From assembly GCA_051003795.1 (NCBI GenBank), contig JBPCKZ010000152.1:7520-71519 (forward strand): 64,000 nt of DNA, read 5' to 3'. Shown here piece after piece: positions 10,418 to 21,139 of this stretch (positions are counted from its first letter, which is position 1; each line of letters opens with the position of its first letter). Source of the stretch: Bryobacteraceae bacterium. Lineage in GTDB: Bacteria > Acidobacteriota > Terriglobia > Bryobacterales > Bryobacteraceae. Both the position numbers and the translations under genes were made by a program. A model generated the notes under the pieces. It was not told the origin of the DNA. It saw only the letters and a program-made list of their open reading frames with translations, and ran no database searches.

Positions 10418-11881
10418 CTAAGCGAGAACTTCTTTCACCACGCGGCCATAGACATCGGTTAACCGGAAATCGCGGCCGCTATAACGATACGTCAGCTTTT
10501 CGTGGTTCAGTCCAAGCAGGTGAAGGATCGTCGCGTGCAAATCGTGCACGTGCACTTTTCCGTCGACCGCTTTCCAGGCATACTCGTCCGTTTCCCCAAG
10601 AACGACACCCTGCTTAACTCCGGCGCCAGTCATGAACATCGTCCAGCAGTAGGGGTTGTGATCCCGCCCGGCCGTGTCGCTAGCGCCCGCCGTCGTCATG
10701 AGTGTCTGAGCGTAAGGAGTCCGGCCAAACTCTCCCGTCCAGATAACGAGCGTGTCGTCGAGGAGACCGCGCGCTTTCAGGTCCGTGAGCAACCCGGTCA
10801 AAGGCTTGTCGATTCCCTTCGCGCTCTTGCGCAGCAGGGTGCCGATCTTCGCATGATGGTCCCATCCGGTATCGGTTACCTGGATGTAACGCACGCCCGC
10901 TTCGGCCAGGCGCCGCGCCATTAAACACTTGCGGCCGAAGTTGTCGGTGTCCTCGTCGCCAATGCCATAGAGGTCGAGCGTCGCCTTGGATTCTTTGGTC
11001 ACATCGAAAACTTCCGGCGCCTTCATCTGCATCCGGAATGCGAGTTCATAAGATTGGATCAGTCCCTCGATATTCCGGTCCTCGCCCATCGCGGATTCGT
11101 CCATCCGGTTGCGGGCTTGTATCAGGTCGAGGTGCTGCCGCTGCAACTCCGGCGTCAGACTGGGATCGCCCAGATAGCCGATTTTGGAATTCTTGACGGG
11201 GGTCCTGGCATCGCCGAGCCGCGTCCCCTGATAGATCGCGGGCAAGAACACATTGGAATAGTGCAACGGGCTGCCATCGTCGCCGTAGAGCATCGGGCTG
11301 ATCACGACGAAGCCGGGCAAGTTCTGGTTCTCGGTGCCGAGCCCGTATACGACCCATGAGCCCATGGATGGGCGCACGAACTGCAGCGATCCCGTCTGAA
11401 AGATCCGGATGGCTCCCGGATGGGCGGGGCTATCCGTCTGCATGGCCCTCAAAAAACACAACTCATCGACCTTGCCGCCCAGGTTTGGCAGCATGTCGGA
11501 CATCCACATGCCATTTTGGCCCACTTGTTTGAAATCGGATATGGCCGGCATCAGGCGGGCATTCTTGTCGAAACGTTCCGTATTTGAATTCAGTGAGAAC
11601 GGAACCTGATTTCCGGCTTCGGTCTTCAGCCGGGGCTTGTAATCGAACAAGTCGGCTTGAGACGGACCGCCCTGCATCCAAAGCAGGATCACACGCTTGG
11701 CCTTGGCCGGGAAATGCGGCTGTTTCGGCGCAAGCGGATTGTCCGCGGCGGACGGCAAAGAGGAAGCCCGGGCAGCTTGCTCCGACGCGATCGCGGCAAA
11801 TGCAAGCGAGCCGAAGCCGCTCCCCACGTTTCGGAGAAATTCACGGCGATTGGCGGGAAGCGGCGCGACGGGATGTTTCAT
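10418..11881 (-). CDS. DUF1501 domain protein (sulfatase-like fold, Tat signal)
   Basis: NRREFLRNVGSGFGSLAFAA Tat-type N-terminus. Conserved GWDHH and GRDHNPY blocks typical of DUF1501. Sits directly downstream of a DUF1549/DUF1553 gene, the usual pairing. Confidence 0.9.
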   Translation of the reverse strand: MKHPVAPLPANRREFLRNVGSGFGSLAFAAIASEQAARASSLPSAADNPLAPKQPHFPAKAKRVILLWMQGGPSQADLFDYKPRLKTEAGNQVPFSLNSNTERFDKNARLMPAISDFKQVGQNGMWMSDMLPNLGGKVDELCFLRAMQTDSPAHPGAIRIFQTGSLQFVRPSMGSWVVYGLGTENQNLPGFVVISPMLYGDDGSPLHYSNVFLPAIYQGTRLGDARTPVKNSKIGYLGDPSLTPELQRQHLDLIQARNRMDESAMGEDRNIEGLIQSYELAFRMQMKAPEVFDVTKESKATLDLYGIGDEDTDNFGRKCLMARRLAEAGVRYIQVTDTGWDHHAKIGTLLRKSAKGIDKPLTGLLTDLKARGLLDDTLVIWTGEFGRTPYAQTLMTTAGASDTAGRDHNPYCWTMFMTGAGVKQGVVLGETDEYAWKAVDGKVHVHDLHATILHLLGLNHEKLTYRYSGRDFRLTDVYGRVVKEVLA

Positions 11882-11886
11882 AAGAC

Positions 11887-14364
11887 CTACCTTCTATAGA
11901 GAAATTCGCTGGAAACCAGAATTGCTTGACAATAACGGGACCACGCTTCCAGACCCTGGTCCGCGGAAGAGCTGGAGACTTTGGTCAAACCGTCCTCGAA
12001 GCTGGAAATGAAAGCGCGCGCCTGTTGGATATCGGGATCGGCCGCCGGCCGGTTCAGCGCGGCAAAAATAATCTTCGAGACCCGGCCGGAATCGTCCAGA
12101 CTCTTGTCGTCGAGTAGCCCTTGGGCCAAATGCCTTGCCTGTTCCTTCACAAACGGAGAATTCATCAGGTAGAGCATCTGCGTCGGCACGGTCGTCGGCA
12201 TGCGGGTCCCGGCCACCTGATCGGGATCTTTGAAATCGAAAAGGTTCAAAATATCGATCCCTTCCATCTGGCTGTTTCGCATGATTGGCTGGTAAACCGT
12301 GCGCCGGTATTTAACGCGGTCCTCGATCACGGAATCGTCTTCAAGGAAAAACGGGGCGATGGTGTGCACATTTTGCGCGGTCAATGGCAGCGACGGACCC
12401 CCGCGCCCGCTATCAAGACGTCTGCTCACCTGCAAGATGGTGTCGCGGATCGCTTCCACCTCAAGGCGCCGGCGGTTCGCGCGCCATAGCAGCTTATTGT
12501 CGGCATCGATCTCGTTTGCTTTTGCGTCCTGGATGCTTGAAATTTGATAGACATGGCTCAGCACGATTTCACGAATCGTCTTCTTCGTCGACCAGCCGTT
12601 TTCGATTAACCGGGTAGCGAGATAATCGAGCAATTCCGGATGCGTGGGCAACTCTCCGCGAGAGCCAAAATTCTCAGTTGTCGCGACAATGCCGTCGCCG
12701 AATAGGTGATGCCAGAGGCGGTTGACGTAAACTCTGGCCGTTAACGGATTTTTCTCGTTCGCGATCCACTCCGCAAGCTCTTTCCGCCCGCTCGACTCCG
12801 GTTCGATCGCCGGTGGTTTGCCATACGAGACGGCACTCAGAAACCGCCGAGGCGTAAACTCCCCAACCTGGTGCGCGTCCCCGCGAACCGCTATCCGCGC
12901 ATCTTCGGGGAACTCCATGTCCTCCGCCGCGTACACAAACGGTAGCGAGGGCTTGCTAAATCGCGTGAACTCCAAAATTTGGCGATCCCCGGCGGTGCCC
13001 GTCTTCTTCTTCAAGCCGGCAAGCTGCTCCTCGGCAGCCTTGATCCCGGCTTGCGTTTCGTCGCTCTTCGGTAGGGCCTTCAGGCCCTCGATGTTTTTGT
13101 TGACGGCCTCCTGCTCTTTAGCGTTTTCCTTATTGGCCGCCTCCGCATCCGCGACTCGCTTGTGCCACTTCTCGAGCCCGTCCGCGTATTGTTTCACCGT
13201 GTCGAGCGTTTCGGGCAGCTGGACCATATTGATCCCGCCGTTGGAATTGCCCTTCGCAAGCGTTTTAGTGCTCAGGAAAATGCCAACCAGCCCATAGTAA
13301 TCTTTGTTCGGAATCGGATCGAACTTGTGATCGTGGCAGCGAGCGCACCCCACCGTAAGCCCAAGAAAGGTTCGTCCCACCAAATCGGCTTGAAGGTCGG
13401 CCACATCCAGGCGCAACTGGGTCCTGTCATAGGAAAACCAAGCCCAGGGTCCCAATACCAGGAATCCCGTAGCCGCCGCCGACGGATCGTTTGCGTCGGC
13501 AGAGTCTTTCTTTTCCCCTTTCCGATGTTTTCCCTCGCCCGGTCCGGCAATCTGCTCGCGCACGAACTGGTCGTACGGCTTGTCGTCGTTGAAAGCCTTG
13601 ATAACGTAGTCCCGGTAACGCCAGGCTTCCGGGAGCGGAATACGCCGGCCTACGCCAGTCGTGTCCGCGTAGTAAGTAACATCCAGCCAGTGCCGCGCCC
13701 AACAATCTCCATAGGCAGGGGACGCCAGCAGCCGGTCGACGACATGTTCGAATGCCTGGGGAGATGAGTCGTTTATGAACGAATCGATTTCAGAGACGGT
13801 CGGCAACAGCCCGGTCAAGTCGAGTGTTGCGCGGCGCAGCAACGTGTACTTATCGGCGTCGCGCACGGGCGCGATCTTTTTTGCCTCAAGCTTGGCCAGG
13901 ATGAAGCGGTCGATCTCGGAATGCGGCCAGGATTCGTCGTTTACTTTAGGCGCGGCCGGTTTCGTCACCGGCTGAAAGGCCCAGAAACCGCTTGTCCGAG
14001 ACGATTTCGAAACCGGAGATGTTTCGGGCCAGACCGCCCCCGAAGCTACCCACTGCTCGAGCGATTCGACTTCAGCGCCGGGAAGCTTGCCCGCTGGCGG
14101 CATTTTGATTTTGCCGGTGTACCGGACCGCATTTACGAGACGGCTGGAATCCACATCGCCTGGAATGACGACGCCGGATGCGTGCATTCCCTCGCGGGAT
14201 GTTAATTGGATGCCGCCCATCTGAACCTTGTCGCCATGACAGGAACCACAGCGGGACAGGATCACCGGGCGGACTTTGGATTCGAAAAATGTTACTTGGG
14301 CTGGTGTTTGCGCCCAAGCTGTCGAGGTAGCGAAACTGATCAGGCTAAAGATGAGGAATCGCAT
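11887..14364 (-). CDS. PSCyt/DUF1549/DUF1553 (PSD1) domain protein
   Basis: N-terminal CGSCHG planctomycete-cytochrome-c-like motif, CARCHDHKFDP block, and a long C-terminal DUF1553-like region. Start placed at ATG 14364 (MRFLIFSLISFATSTAWA signal); the ORF extends to 14397. Confidence 0.88.
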   Translation of the reverse strand: MRFLIFSLISFATSTAWAQTPAQVTFFESKVRPVILSRCGSCHGDKVQMGGIQLTSREGMHASGVVIPGDVDSSRLVNAVRYTGKIKMPPAGKLPGAEVESLEQWVASGAVWPETSPVSKSSRTSGFWAFQPVTKPAAPKVNDESWPHSEIDRFILAKLEAKKIAPVRDADKYTLLRRATLDLTGLLPTVSEIDSFINDSSPQAFEHVVDRLLASPAYGDCWARHWLDVTYYADTTGVGRRIPLPEAWRYRDYVIKAFNDDKPYDQFVREQIAGPGEGKHRKGEKKDSADANDPSAAATGFLVLGPWAWFSYDRTQLRLDVADLQADLVGRTFLGLTVGCARCHDHKFDPIPNKDYYGLVGIFLSTKTLAKGNSNGGINMVQLPETLDTVKQYADGLEKWHKRVADAEAANKENAKEQEAVNKNIEGLKALPKSDETQAGIKAAEEQLAGLKKKTGTAGDRQILEFTRFSKPSLPFVYAAEDMEFPEDARIAVRGDAHQVGEFTPRRFLSAVSYGKPPAIEPESSGRKELAEWIANEKNPLTARVYVNRLWHHLFGDGIVATTENFGSRGELPTHPELLDYLATRLIENGWSTKKTIREIVLSHVYQISSIQDAKANEIDADNKLLWRANRRRLEVEAIRDTILQVSRRLDSGRGGPSLPLTAQNVHTIAPFFLEDDSVIEDRVKYRRTVYQPIMRNSQMEGIDILNLFDFKDPDQVAGTRMPTTVPTQMLYLMNSPFVKEQARHLAQGLLDDKSLDDSGRVSKIIFAALNRPAADPDIQQARAFISSFEDGLTKVSSSSADQGLEAWSRYCQAILVSSEFLYRR

Positions 14365-14409
14365 CGGCTTACGCGGCCCACGATTTGGAAGCTCCAATTA
14401 TACTCCGAT

Positions 14410-15984
14410 TTACCGGCGTAGCGCTTCTCGCGCCGCCAAAGACTTCGGCCTGAACTGCAGATACCGCTCGAAAGTCTTTCGAAGATCGTATTCGTCGTGC
14501 TGCTTGGCGTATGCGTCCGCCAACCGGCGGTAGGCTACTTCCATCGACGGATCCAGTTGGATGGCGCGATTCAGACGCTCAATCGCAACCCCGGCCTGCC
14601 CTATTTCCAAAAAAGCCGCCGCAAGGTTTACTTGCGCGGGCGCGGAATCGGGCTCTACCGCCGCGGCGCGCTCAAACTCGCGAAGCGCATCGCGCGGCAG
14701 GTGCTTTCTCATATACGCCACGCCCAGGCCTGTCAGGAATGCAGGATCGCTGGTGAAGGACCCTTGCTCCTCAAGTAAGAGCTGGTATCCCCGTTCTAAA
14801 TACTCGGGAAGACGATCCCGTTCGCCTACCGTGATGTACGCCAACCCTAGATTTCGATTCGCCAGCGGTTTCGGAGGGTCGCGCCAAGCGACCAGCCGCT
14901 CGTGTCCGTTGTCCACGCCCGCGTCCGTCCTTTTCATGATCCGGTGATCCGTGAAAGCGGTGTGCCCGCCGTCCCGGGCGGGTCGTGAAGGCATATGACA
15001 CGCCACGCATTCCCGGGAAGCAGTGGAATGCGATTTGGCGAGTACCTGGCCGTGGCAGGAAAGGCAGCGTTCGCGATAAGAGTCCCTTGACGCTTTGACG
15101 TGAGGGTTGTGACAGGTTCCACACCAGAGCCGTCCGCCGCTCTTCCGCGCGCACATGCTCAGCGCGAGTTGCTCGGCATGGCTTACCACTTTTATAGACG
15201 GGGTGCTTTTAGAGGGAATGGGCGAATCGAAGACATACACGGAGTAATAGTCTTCGAGTTCACGCCCCGGCTCGAAATCGCTTAATTTTCGTCCGGGATT
15301 CGCTATTCTTGCCTCACCCGTAAGATGACATTGCTCGCAAACACTGTCCCGAGCCTTGGCGGGCAGCCGGACCGGATTGATAATGTTGTTTCGCGAAGGA
15401 TCGCGTAAATGGCTTGCGACCGGTCCGTGGCATCGATCGCAAGATATGCCGGGCGTACCGATCGCCGGCTGCTTGTACCGGTTTATGGTTCCGTTGACCG
15501 GGGAAGAGTTTCCCGTATGGCAGAGAAGGCACTCGGGGGTGACAGGCCGTGTAAAGTCGGGCAGAGAATCCCGCTCGTAGCCGGGCGCCATGTCCCATAG
15601 TTCCCGTTTTGTGTAGTAGGAAATGGGCGATTGAAATAGGTAATCGCCAACCTGAATCAAGTAAGCGATCGCGCGGCTTCCCGAACCTATCGAGTAAGCG
15701 ACGGCATATTCCGCGCCGATACCTCGTCTTTGAATACTCTGGCTTACACCCGCGCTGCCTGAATGGATCTGAAAAGCGGTCCCCGATAACGCGTGAGTGA
15801 AACCTCCGGGCGGCTGGCCCGAAGGCAATCCGGATGAACGGGCCATGGGGCTGGCAGCGTATCCATCCACCTCTTTTGGATGACAAGGCGCGCACGGATG
15901 AGCGGCCGGCGCGGGCAGGGCGCACGCCAGATTAAGCGCGCAGAGTAACCCCGCCTGGATCGGTCTATCGATTGCCCAGCTCAC
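14410..15984 (-). CDS. seven-haem c-type cytochrome fused to C-terminal TPR repeats
   Basis: Seven CxxCH motifs (CAPCH, CLLCH, CDRCH, CEQCH, CGTCH, CLSCH, CVACH). The C-terminal ~150 aa are TPR-like. Signal peptide. Confidence 0.8.
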   Translation of the reverse strand: MSWAIDRPIQAGLLCALNLACALPAPAAHPCAPCHPKEVDGYAASPMARSSGLPSGQPPGGFTHALSGTAFQIHSGSAGVSQSIQRRGIGAEYAVAYSIGSGSRAIAYLIQVGDYLFQSPISYYTKRELWDMAPGYERDSLPDFTRPVTPECLLCHTGNSSPVNGTINRYKQPAIGTPGISCDRCHGPVASHLRDPSRNNIINPVRLPAKARDSVCEQCHLTGEARIANPGRKLSDFEPGRELEDYYSVYVFDSPIPSKSTPSIKVVSHAEQLALSMCARKSGGRLWCGTCHNPHVKASRDSYRERCLSCHGQVLAKSHSTASRECVACHMPSRPARDGGHTAFTDHRIMKRTDAGVDNGHERLVAWRDPPKPLANRNLGLAYITVGERDRLPEYLERGYQLLLEEQGSFTSDPAFLTGLGVAYMRKHLPRDALREFERAAAVEPDSAPAQVNLAAAFLEIGQAGVAIERLNRAIQLDPSMEVAYRRLADAYAKQHDEYDLRKTFERYLQFRPKSLAAREALRR

Positions 15985-17596
15985 GTAGAGCCTTTCGCGC
16001 GGTTATGTTCTCCGGCATGAACAGCAGATACTGCTGGGACGTGCGGCGAACTCCCCCGATATCGCGAGCTTCGAAATATATTTCACCGAGGGAGCGATAG
16101 GCTGCTTCCAATGAAGGATCGAGTTGGATGGCGCGCTCCAGTTCCTGAATCGCCTTATCCTTCGTGCCGGATTCTTTATATGCGCTGCCCAGGTTTGCAT
16201 GGGAGCCGGCGCGGTCGGGCTCCAGCCGCACGACATATTCAAAGAGGTCGATCGCTTCCGCGGGCGTCCCCGCGCGCATCAGAACCATGCCGAGTTTGGT
16301 CAGCAAAACGGCATCTTCCGGGAAGGATTTCATGGCTGAGACCGCCTGACGCGCGCCCTGCTCCAGTTGTTCGGCCGATTTTTCGCGTTGTCCGATTTCG
16401 ATATTTGCAAGACCCAGGTTTCGCGTTGCTAACGCGCCGGCAGGTTCGCGCCAAGCCACCAGGTTCCGAACAGGTTCCTGCGGCTCCGAAATCCCGGACG
16501 CGTAAACGCGTGCAATCCGATGGTCGGTAAAAACCGTGTGAGCTCCGTCTTTCGCTTTTCGCTTGGGCATGTGGCACGACACGCAGTCGATCGCCGGTTT
16601 GGAATGTGTGTGAAGTATTCGCGCGCCATGACAGCCGAGGCAACGGTCCCGGTAAAAGCTTACTGGATTTTCGGGCTTCTGGTGGGGATTGTGACATGTG
16701 CCGCACCATAGCTCTCCGGCGCTGCTTCTCGAACAGGCGCTCAAAGCGAGTTGTTCGGCATGACCGATTACTTTGATCGAAGAGTCCGGCGGCGGCTTGC
16801 CCCCATTGTCCCGATTGTCCCGAACATAAACGGAGAAGACATCTTCAAGTTCCTGTCCCGGTTGGAAGTCGCCAAACTGCCGTCCCGGATTGAGAATGCG
16901 TACTTCCCCGCTAAGATGACATTGTTCGCAGACGCTGTCGCGGGCGCGTGGCGAAAGCCTTCGCGCGTTGACTATGTTGCGGCGGCTGGGTTGTTTCAGG
17001 TGCGCGGAACCGGCGCCGTGGCATCGATCGCACGAAATGGCCTCTTCGGAGAATGCCGGAACTTCATATCGATTCAGGGTGGTGGGGACGGGCCGGGGCC
17101 GGCCGGCGTGGCATTCCAGGCATTCCACGGTAACCGGGCGTGAAAAGTCCGGCGCCGGATCGGTTTCATAACCGGGAGCCATGTCCCAGATACCGCGCTT
17201 TGAGTAAAACGATATGGGGGCTTGAAATAAGTAACTGGAGATATCGACTAAATACCCATGGGCGTGATTGCCGGAGCCGATGATATATTTGACCGGATAA
17301 CTGGCGGTAAGTCCCTCCCGCGTCATGCCGATCCTGATCTTCCCGTCGCCGGGGCCGACAACGAATTTCGTGCCGGATAGATCGTGCGTAAAGCTACCCG
17401 GTTGGCATGAGGACGCGCGCGACAGCGAATGCGCCATCGGCGATTTATCGAAACCCGCGACTTCCTTCGCGTGACAGGGAAGACACGGGCTGGCCGCCAT
17501 ACCTAAACCGGATGAACTGGTGATAAAAATAACACTTGCGGCGTACCGTTTCCACCCGTGACGAGACGCACGAAACTCTTGCGCTTCAATAATCAT
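15965..17596 (-). CDS. seven-haem c-type cytochrome fused to C-terminal TPR repeats (paralogue of the downstream gene)
   Basis: Seven CxxCH motifs in the same order (CLPCH, CLECH, CDRCH, CEQCH, CGTCH, CLGCH, CVSCH). Collinear similarity to 14410-15984. 20-nt overlap with it. Confidence 0.8.
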   Translation of the reverse strand: MIIEAQEFRASRHGWKRYAASVIFITSSSGLGMAASPCLPCHAKEVAGFDKSPMAHSLSRASSCQPGSFTHDLSGTKFVVGPGDGKIRIGMTREGLTASYPVKYIIGSGNHAHGYLVDISSYLFQAPISFYSKRGIWDMAPGYETDPAPDFSRPVTVECLECHAGRPRPVPTTLNRYEVPAFSEEAISCDRCHGAGSAHLKQPSRRNIVNARRLSPRARDSVCEQCHLSGEVRILNPGRQFGDFQPGQELEDVFSVYVRDNRDNGGKPPPDSSIKVIGHAEQLALSACSRSSAGELWCGTCHNPHQKPENPVSFYRDRCLGCHGARILHTHSKPAIDCVSCHMPKRKAKDGAHTVFTDHRIARVYASGISEPQEPVRNLVAWREPAGALATRNLGLANIEIGQREKSAEQLEQGARQAVSAMKSFPEDAVLLTKLGMVLMRAGTPAEAIDLFEYVVRLEPDRAGSHANLGSAYKESGTKDKAIQELERAIQLDPSLEAAYRSLGEIYFEARDIGGVRRTSQQYLLFMPENITARKALRELGNR

Positions 17597-17671
17597 TGCA
17601 GTATACTCGCCTCAATCGGAAAGCTTAATGCTTCAACCTTTCCCTACTGGAAGTAACGGAGGCTCGTCAAA

Positions 17672-20600
17672 GTGAAAACCAAAATACCATGCGGAAGATT
17701 AGTTCCTGCGCTATTGGGCTTGAGTCTTTGCCTTATGGCACAGTCCGAACGCGGTTCGATTCGCGGAACTGTTGAAGATGCAAGCGGCGCCGTAATCTCG
17801 GGAGCCACCGTGACGGCCATCAATGCCGGTACCGGCGTCCGCACCACGGCGACGACGGCGGAGGCTGGAAACTACAATATCCCGCAGCTACCCGCCGGGA
17901 ACTACACGGTGGAAGTCGACCATCCCGGCTTTAAGAAGGTGATCCAGGAGCATTTGACCGTCGAAGTCGGCGCGGTCGCGGCGCTCAACTTGCGGCTGGA
18001 GGTCGGTCAAGCCTCCGAGAGCGTTACCGTGGCAGCGGCCGCGCCCCAATTGAAGACCGAGACCACCGATGTGAGCACGGCGATAAATCCCAAATCGTAC
18101 AACGATCTTCCCTTGAACGCGGCGGGAGGCGGGCGGGCTCCGGAAAGCTTCCTTTTCCTGGCGCCGGGAACCACGGGCAGCACCTTCGACGCCCACATCA
18201 ACGGAAGCCAGACCTTGTCGAAAGAAATGCAAATCGACGGGATGAGCACCCAGATCGCGGAAGTACAGGGAGACCCCCGCACGCTTACGTTTCCACCGGA
18301 TGCGATTCAGGAGATGTCCGTTTTGACCAGCGGTTACCCCGCTGAATTTGGAAATACCGGTGGCGGCGTGGAGCAGTTCGTGGTTAAGTCCGGCACAAAC
18401 GATCTACACGGCAATTTGTACGAATTTTTGCGGAACGATAAGCTCGATGCGCGCGGTTTTTTCAATGCCAGCCGCTCGATTCACCGGGAAAATGAGTTCG
18501 GCGGAAGCGTCGGCGGGCCAGTGTTCATCCCCAAGGTGTACAACGGCCGAAACAAGTCTTTCTTCTTCACGAATATCAATTTTTACAAACTGAGAGGCGG
18601 CGCGCAGAACTCCATCGCGTCCGTTCCAAACACTGCCTTTCGCAATGGGGATCTTTCCGGCCTGCGGGATGCTTCCGGCAATTTGATCCAGATTTACGAT
18701 CCAGCTACCACGCGGTCCGACGGGATGGGGGGATTCATCAGAGATCCTTTCCCCGGCAACATCATTCCCGCGAACCGGATCAGCCAGGTCTCCAAAAATA
18801 TCTTAGGGTTGGTTCCCGCTTCGAAGACCCAGGACGTATTTAACAATTACCCGGCTTCGGGCGGGTCACAGAACAATAACCACAACTATACGATTAAAGG
18901 CGATCAATATTTGGGTTCAAACCACCGCCTCAATGGTGTCTTCAACCAGGGGCGCAACACCGACAATGGCCCTTATGCCGCGCTGCCACATCCGGTCGAA
19001 AGTTCGCGCGACGGCATGAATACGCAAAATACCGTGCGGCTGGCATACGACTGGACGATTAGCCCGACGCTGCTGAATCACTTGGGCGCGGGCTACAACC
19101 GGCAACACCAGTTGCTGGTTGCTCCCGAAACAACCGTAAGCTGGGGCCAGAAATTAGGTATCTCGGGAATCAACGATGGTTTTCCGGCCATTTCCTACGG
19201 CGCATTCACCGCTCTTGCGCAGAATCAGGATCGCATCGAGCCGGTTTCGAACACCTTTCTTTACTCCGACAGCCTCTCCTGGACCAAGGGCCGGCACAAT
19301 ATGAAATTCGGAGCCGATTATCGAAAACTGCAGCATAACGGACGTTATCCCAGCAGGTCGGCCAATTTTGGCTTCAGCTCAAATGAGACGGCGTTTCCTA
19401 CCGGCGATCTTCGGGGGAAGACCGGCCTGGCTTTTGCCAGCTTTTTGTTGGGGCAAGTGGATGGATCGAGCGAATTCATTAGCAACGTCGTTTCAGGTAC
19501 TCGCTGGAGCTATTTCGCCGCGTATGCTCAAGACGATTTCAAATTAAGCCCGACTTTGACTCTGAATCTTGGCTTGCGCTGGGATGTTTTTACCCCGCAG
19601 CAGGAGGTGGCCGACCGTTATTCGATTATGGACCCGAAAGCCCCGAATCCAAGAGCGGGAGGTCTGCCGGGCGCTTACGTATTCGCCGGTAAAGGGCCGG
19701 CTCCGCATACCGGCACCTCGCGGTTAACAAGCGCTAGCGACACCGATTTCAGGAACTTCGCGCCGCGCTTGGGTCTTGCCTGGAAGGTCACCGAGAGGTC
19801 GGTGATCCGTACGGCCTATGGCATCAGCTATTACCCGACGGGAGCAATGGCGGGCGGCAATTCCGTCGATTCCATCGCTGGTTACTCGGGCAATCCCACC
19901 TTCAACAGCTTGGACCAGGGGCTACATCCCGCGTTTCTATGGGACGCCGGCTTCCCCCAGAATTTCGATCATCCCCCCTTCATCGACGCGGGCCTGAACG
20001 TTGGTGCAGGTGCCAGCATCTGGTGGGACAACGCCACGAAGCCGATGTACCGGCAAGATTGGAATTTCGGCACTCAACACCAATTGACGAACTCCATGGT
20101 TCTGGATGTGGGATATGTGGGCGCGAAAGCCACCCGCCTCAACACCGGCGCTGTAAACGTCAACCAGGTAGACCCCCGATATCTCAGTTTGGGAAACCTC
20201 CTCACTAAAGACATCGCCGATCCGGATGTTGTTGCGGCCGGCTTCAAGCCGCCATACGCTGGCTTCACGGGATCGCTGGCCCAAGCCCTCCGGCCCTTCC
20301 CTCAGTACCAGGGGATCGGCACGAAGCAATCCGCCAATATCGGAAATATGACATACCACTCCCTTCAGGCTAAAGTTGAAAAGCGGTTTTCCCACGGGCT
20401 GTTCTTTTTAACTTCATACACCTGGAGCAAGACGCTGACGGACTCGAACTCCGCTCTCGGCGGCTTCTTCTCGCCTGGGGCTCGTGACAATTACAACCGC
20501 CAACTGGAGAAGGCCCTCTCGGTCTATGACACCCCGCACCGCTTGGTGACCGCATTCAATTACGAACTGCCCATCGGCCCGGGCAAGCCGTTCCTGAATG

Positions 20601-21088
20601 TGAAGGGCGCGGCCGGAAAGGTACTGCAAGGCTGGCAGGTGAACGGGATTGTGAGCTACCAGTCCGGCCATCCGATACAGATCGGAGTCAACAACACGCT
20701 TCCGCTGTTCAACTCGGGCAACACGCCCAATTCCGTCACGGGCCAATCGCCGGAACTGCATTCCAAATCCGGCTTCGATCCGGCGAAAGACCTGTTGCTG
20801 AATATCAAAGCTTTTGGCGTTCCCGCGCAAGGAGTGTTCGGAACGTCGGCCGAGGTACTGCCGAATGCACGCGACTTCCCGGTCTACAACGAGGATTTCG
20901 GCATCCTGAAGCGGACGTATATTACGGAAAGCATCAACTTCGAGTTCCGCTTCGAAATGTTCAACGCTTTGAACAGGGTGATTTTTGGCGGTCCGGCAAC
21001 TAATATCAATAATGCCAACTTCGGTCAGGTGAGCGGGCAGGCGAACAGTCCTCGAAATGGCCAGTTTGCCTTGAAGTTCAACTTCTGA
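17672..21088 (+). CDS. TonB-dependent receptor with N-terminal carboxypeptidase-regulatory-like domain
   Basis: Signal peptide, then SIRGTVEDASGAVISGATVTAINAGTG...YNIPQLPAGNYTVEV (CarboxypepD_reg). ~1100 aa barrel ending ...QFALKFNF. GTG start with GGAGG 10 nt upstream. Confidence 0.9.
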   Translation: MKTKIPCGRLVPALLGLSLCLMAQSERGSIRGTVEDASGAVISGATVTAINAGTGVRTTATTAEAGNYNIPQLPAGNYTVEVDHPGFKKVIQEHLTVEVGAVAALNLRLEVGQASESVTVAAAAPQLKTETTDVSTAINPKSYNDLPLNAAGGGRAPESFLFLAPGTTGSTFDAHINGSQTLSKEMQIDGMSTQIAEVQGDPRTLTFPPDAIQEMSVLTSGYPAEFGNTGGGVEQFVVKSGTNDLHGNLYEFLRNDKLDARGFFNASRSIHRENEFGGSVGGPVFIPKVYNGRNKSFFFTNINFYKLRGGAQNSIASVPNTAFRNGDLSGLRDASGNLIQIYDPATTRSDGMGGFIRDPFPGNIIPANRISQVSKNILGLVPASKTQDVFNNYPASGGSQNNNHNYTIKGDQYLGSNHRLNGVFNQGRNTDNGPYAALPHPVESSRDGMNTQNTVRLAYDWTISPTLLNHLGAGYNRQHQLLVAPETTVSWGQKLGISGINDGFPAISYGAFTALAQNQDRIEPVSNTFLYSDSLSWTKGRHNMKFGADYRKLQHNGRYPSRSANFGFSSNETAFPTGDLRGKTGLAFASFLLGQVDGSSEFISNVVSGTRWSYFAAYAQDDFKLSPTLTLNLGLRWDVFTPQQEVADRYSIMDPKAPNPRAGGLPGAYVFAGKGPAPHTGTSRLTSASDTDFRNFAPRLGLAWKVTERSVIRTAYGISYYPTGAMAGGNSVDSIAGYSGNPTFNSLDQGLHPAFLWDAGFPQNFDHPPFIDAGLNVGAGASIWWDNATKPMYRQDWNFGTQHQLTNSMVLDVGYVGAKATRLNTGAVNVNQVDPRYLSLGNLLTKDIADPDVVAAGFKPPYAGFTGSLAQALRPFPQYQGIGTKQSANIGNMTYHSLQAKVEKRFSHGLFFLTSYTWSKTLTDSNSALGGFFSPGARDNYNRQLEKALSVYDTPHRLVTAFNYELPIGPGKPFLNVKGAAGKVLQGWQVNGIVSYQSGHPIQIGVNNTLPLFNSGNTPNSVTGQSPELHSKSGFDPAKDLLLNIKAFGVPAQGVFGTSAEVLPNARDFPVYNEDFGILKRTYITESINFEFRFEMFNALNRVIFGGPATNINNANFGQVSGQANSPRNGQFALKFNF

Positions 21089-21094
21089 AGAAGT

Positions 21095-21124
21095 CCGGGC
21101 GGAGAGGCGCGCCTCTCCGCCCGG
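21095..21124 (+). terminator. perfect 30-nt GC-rich palindrome just after the receptor stop (putative terminator)
   Basis: ccgggcggagaggcg/cgcctctccgcccgg read directly. The weak T-tract (tggtatctt) lowers confidence. Confidence 0.45.
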
Positions 21125-21139
21125 TGGTATCTTGAGTCT

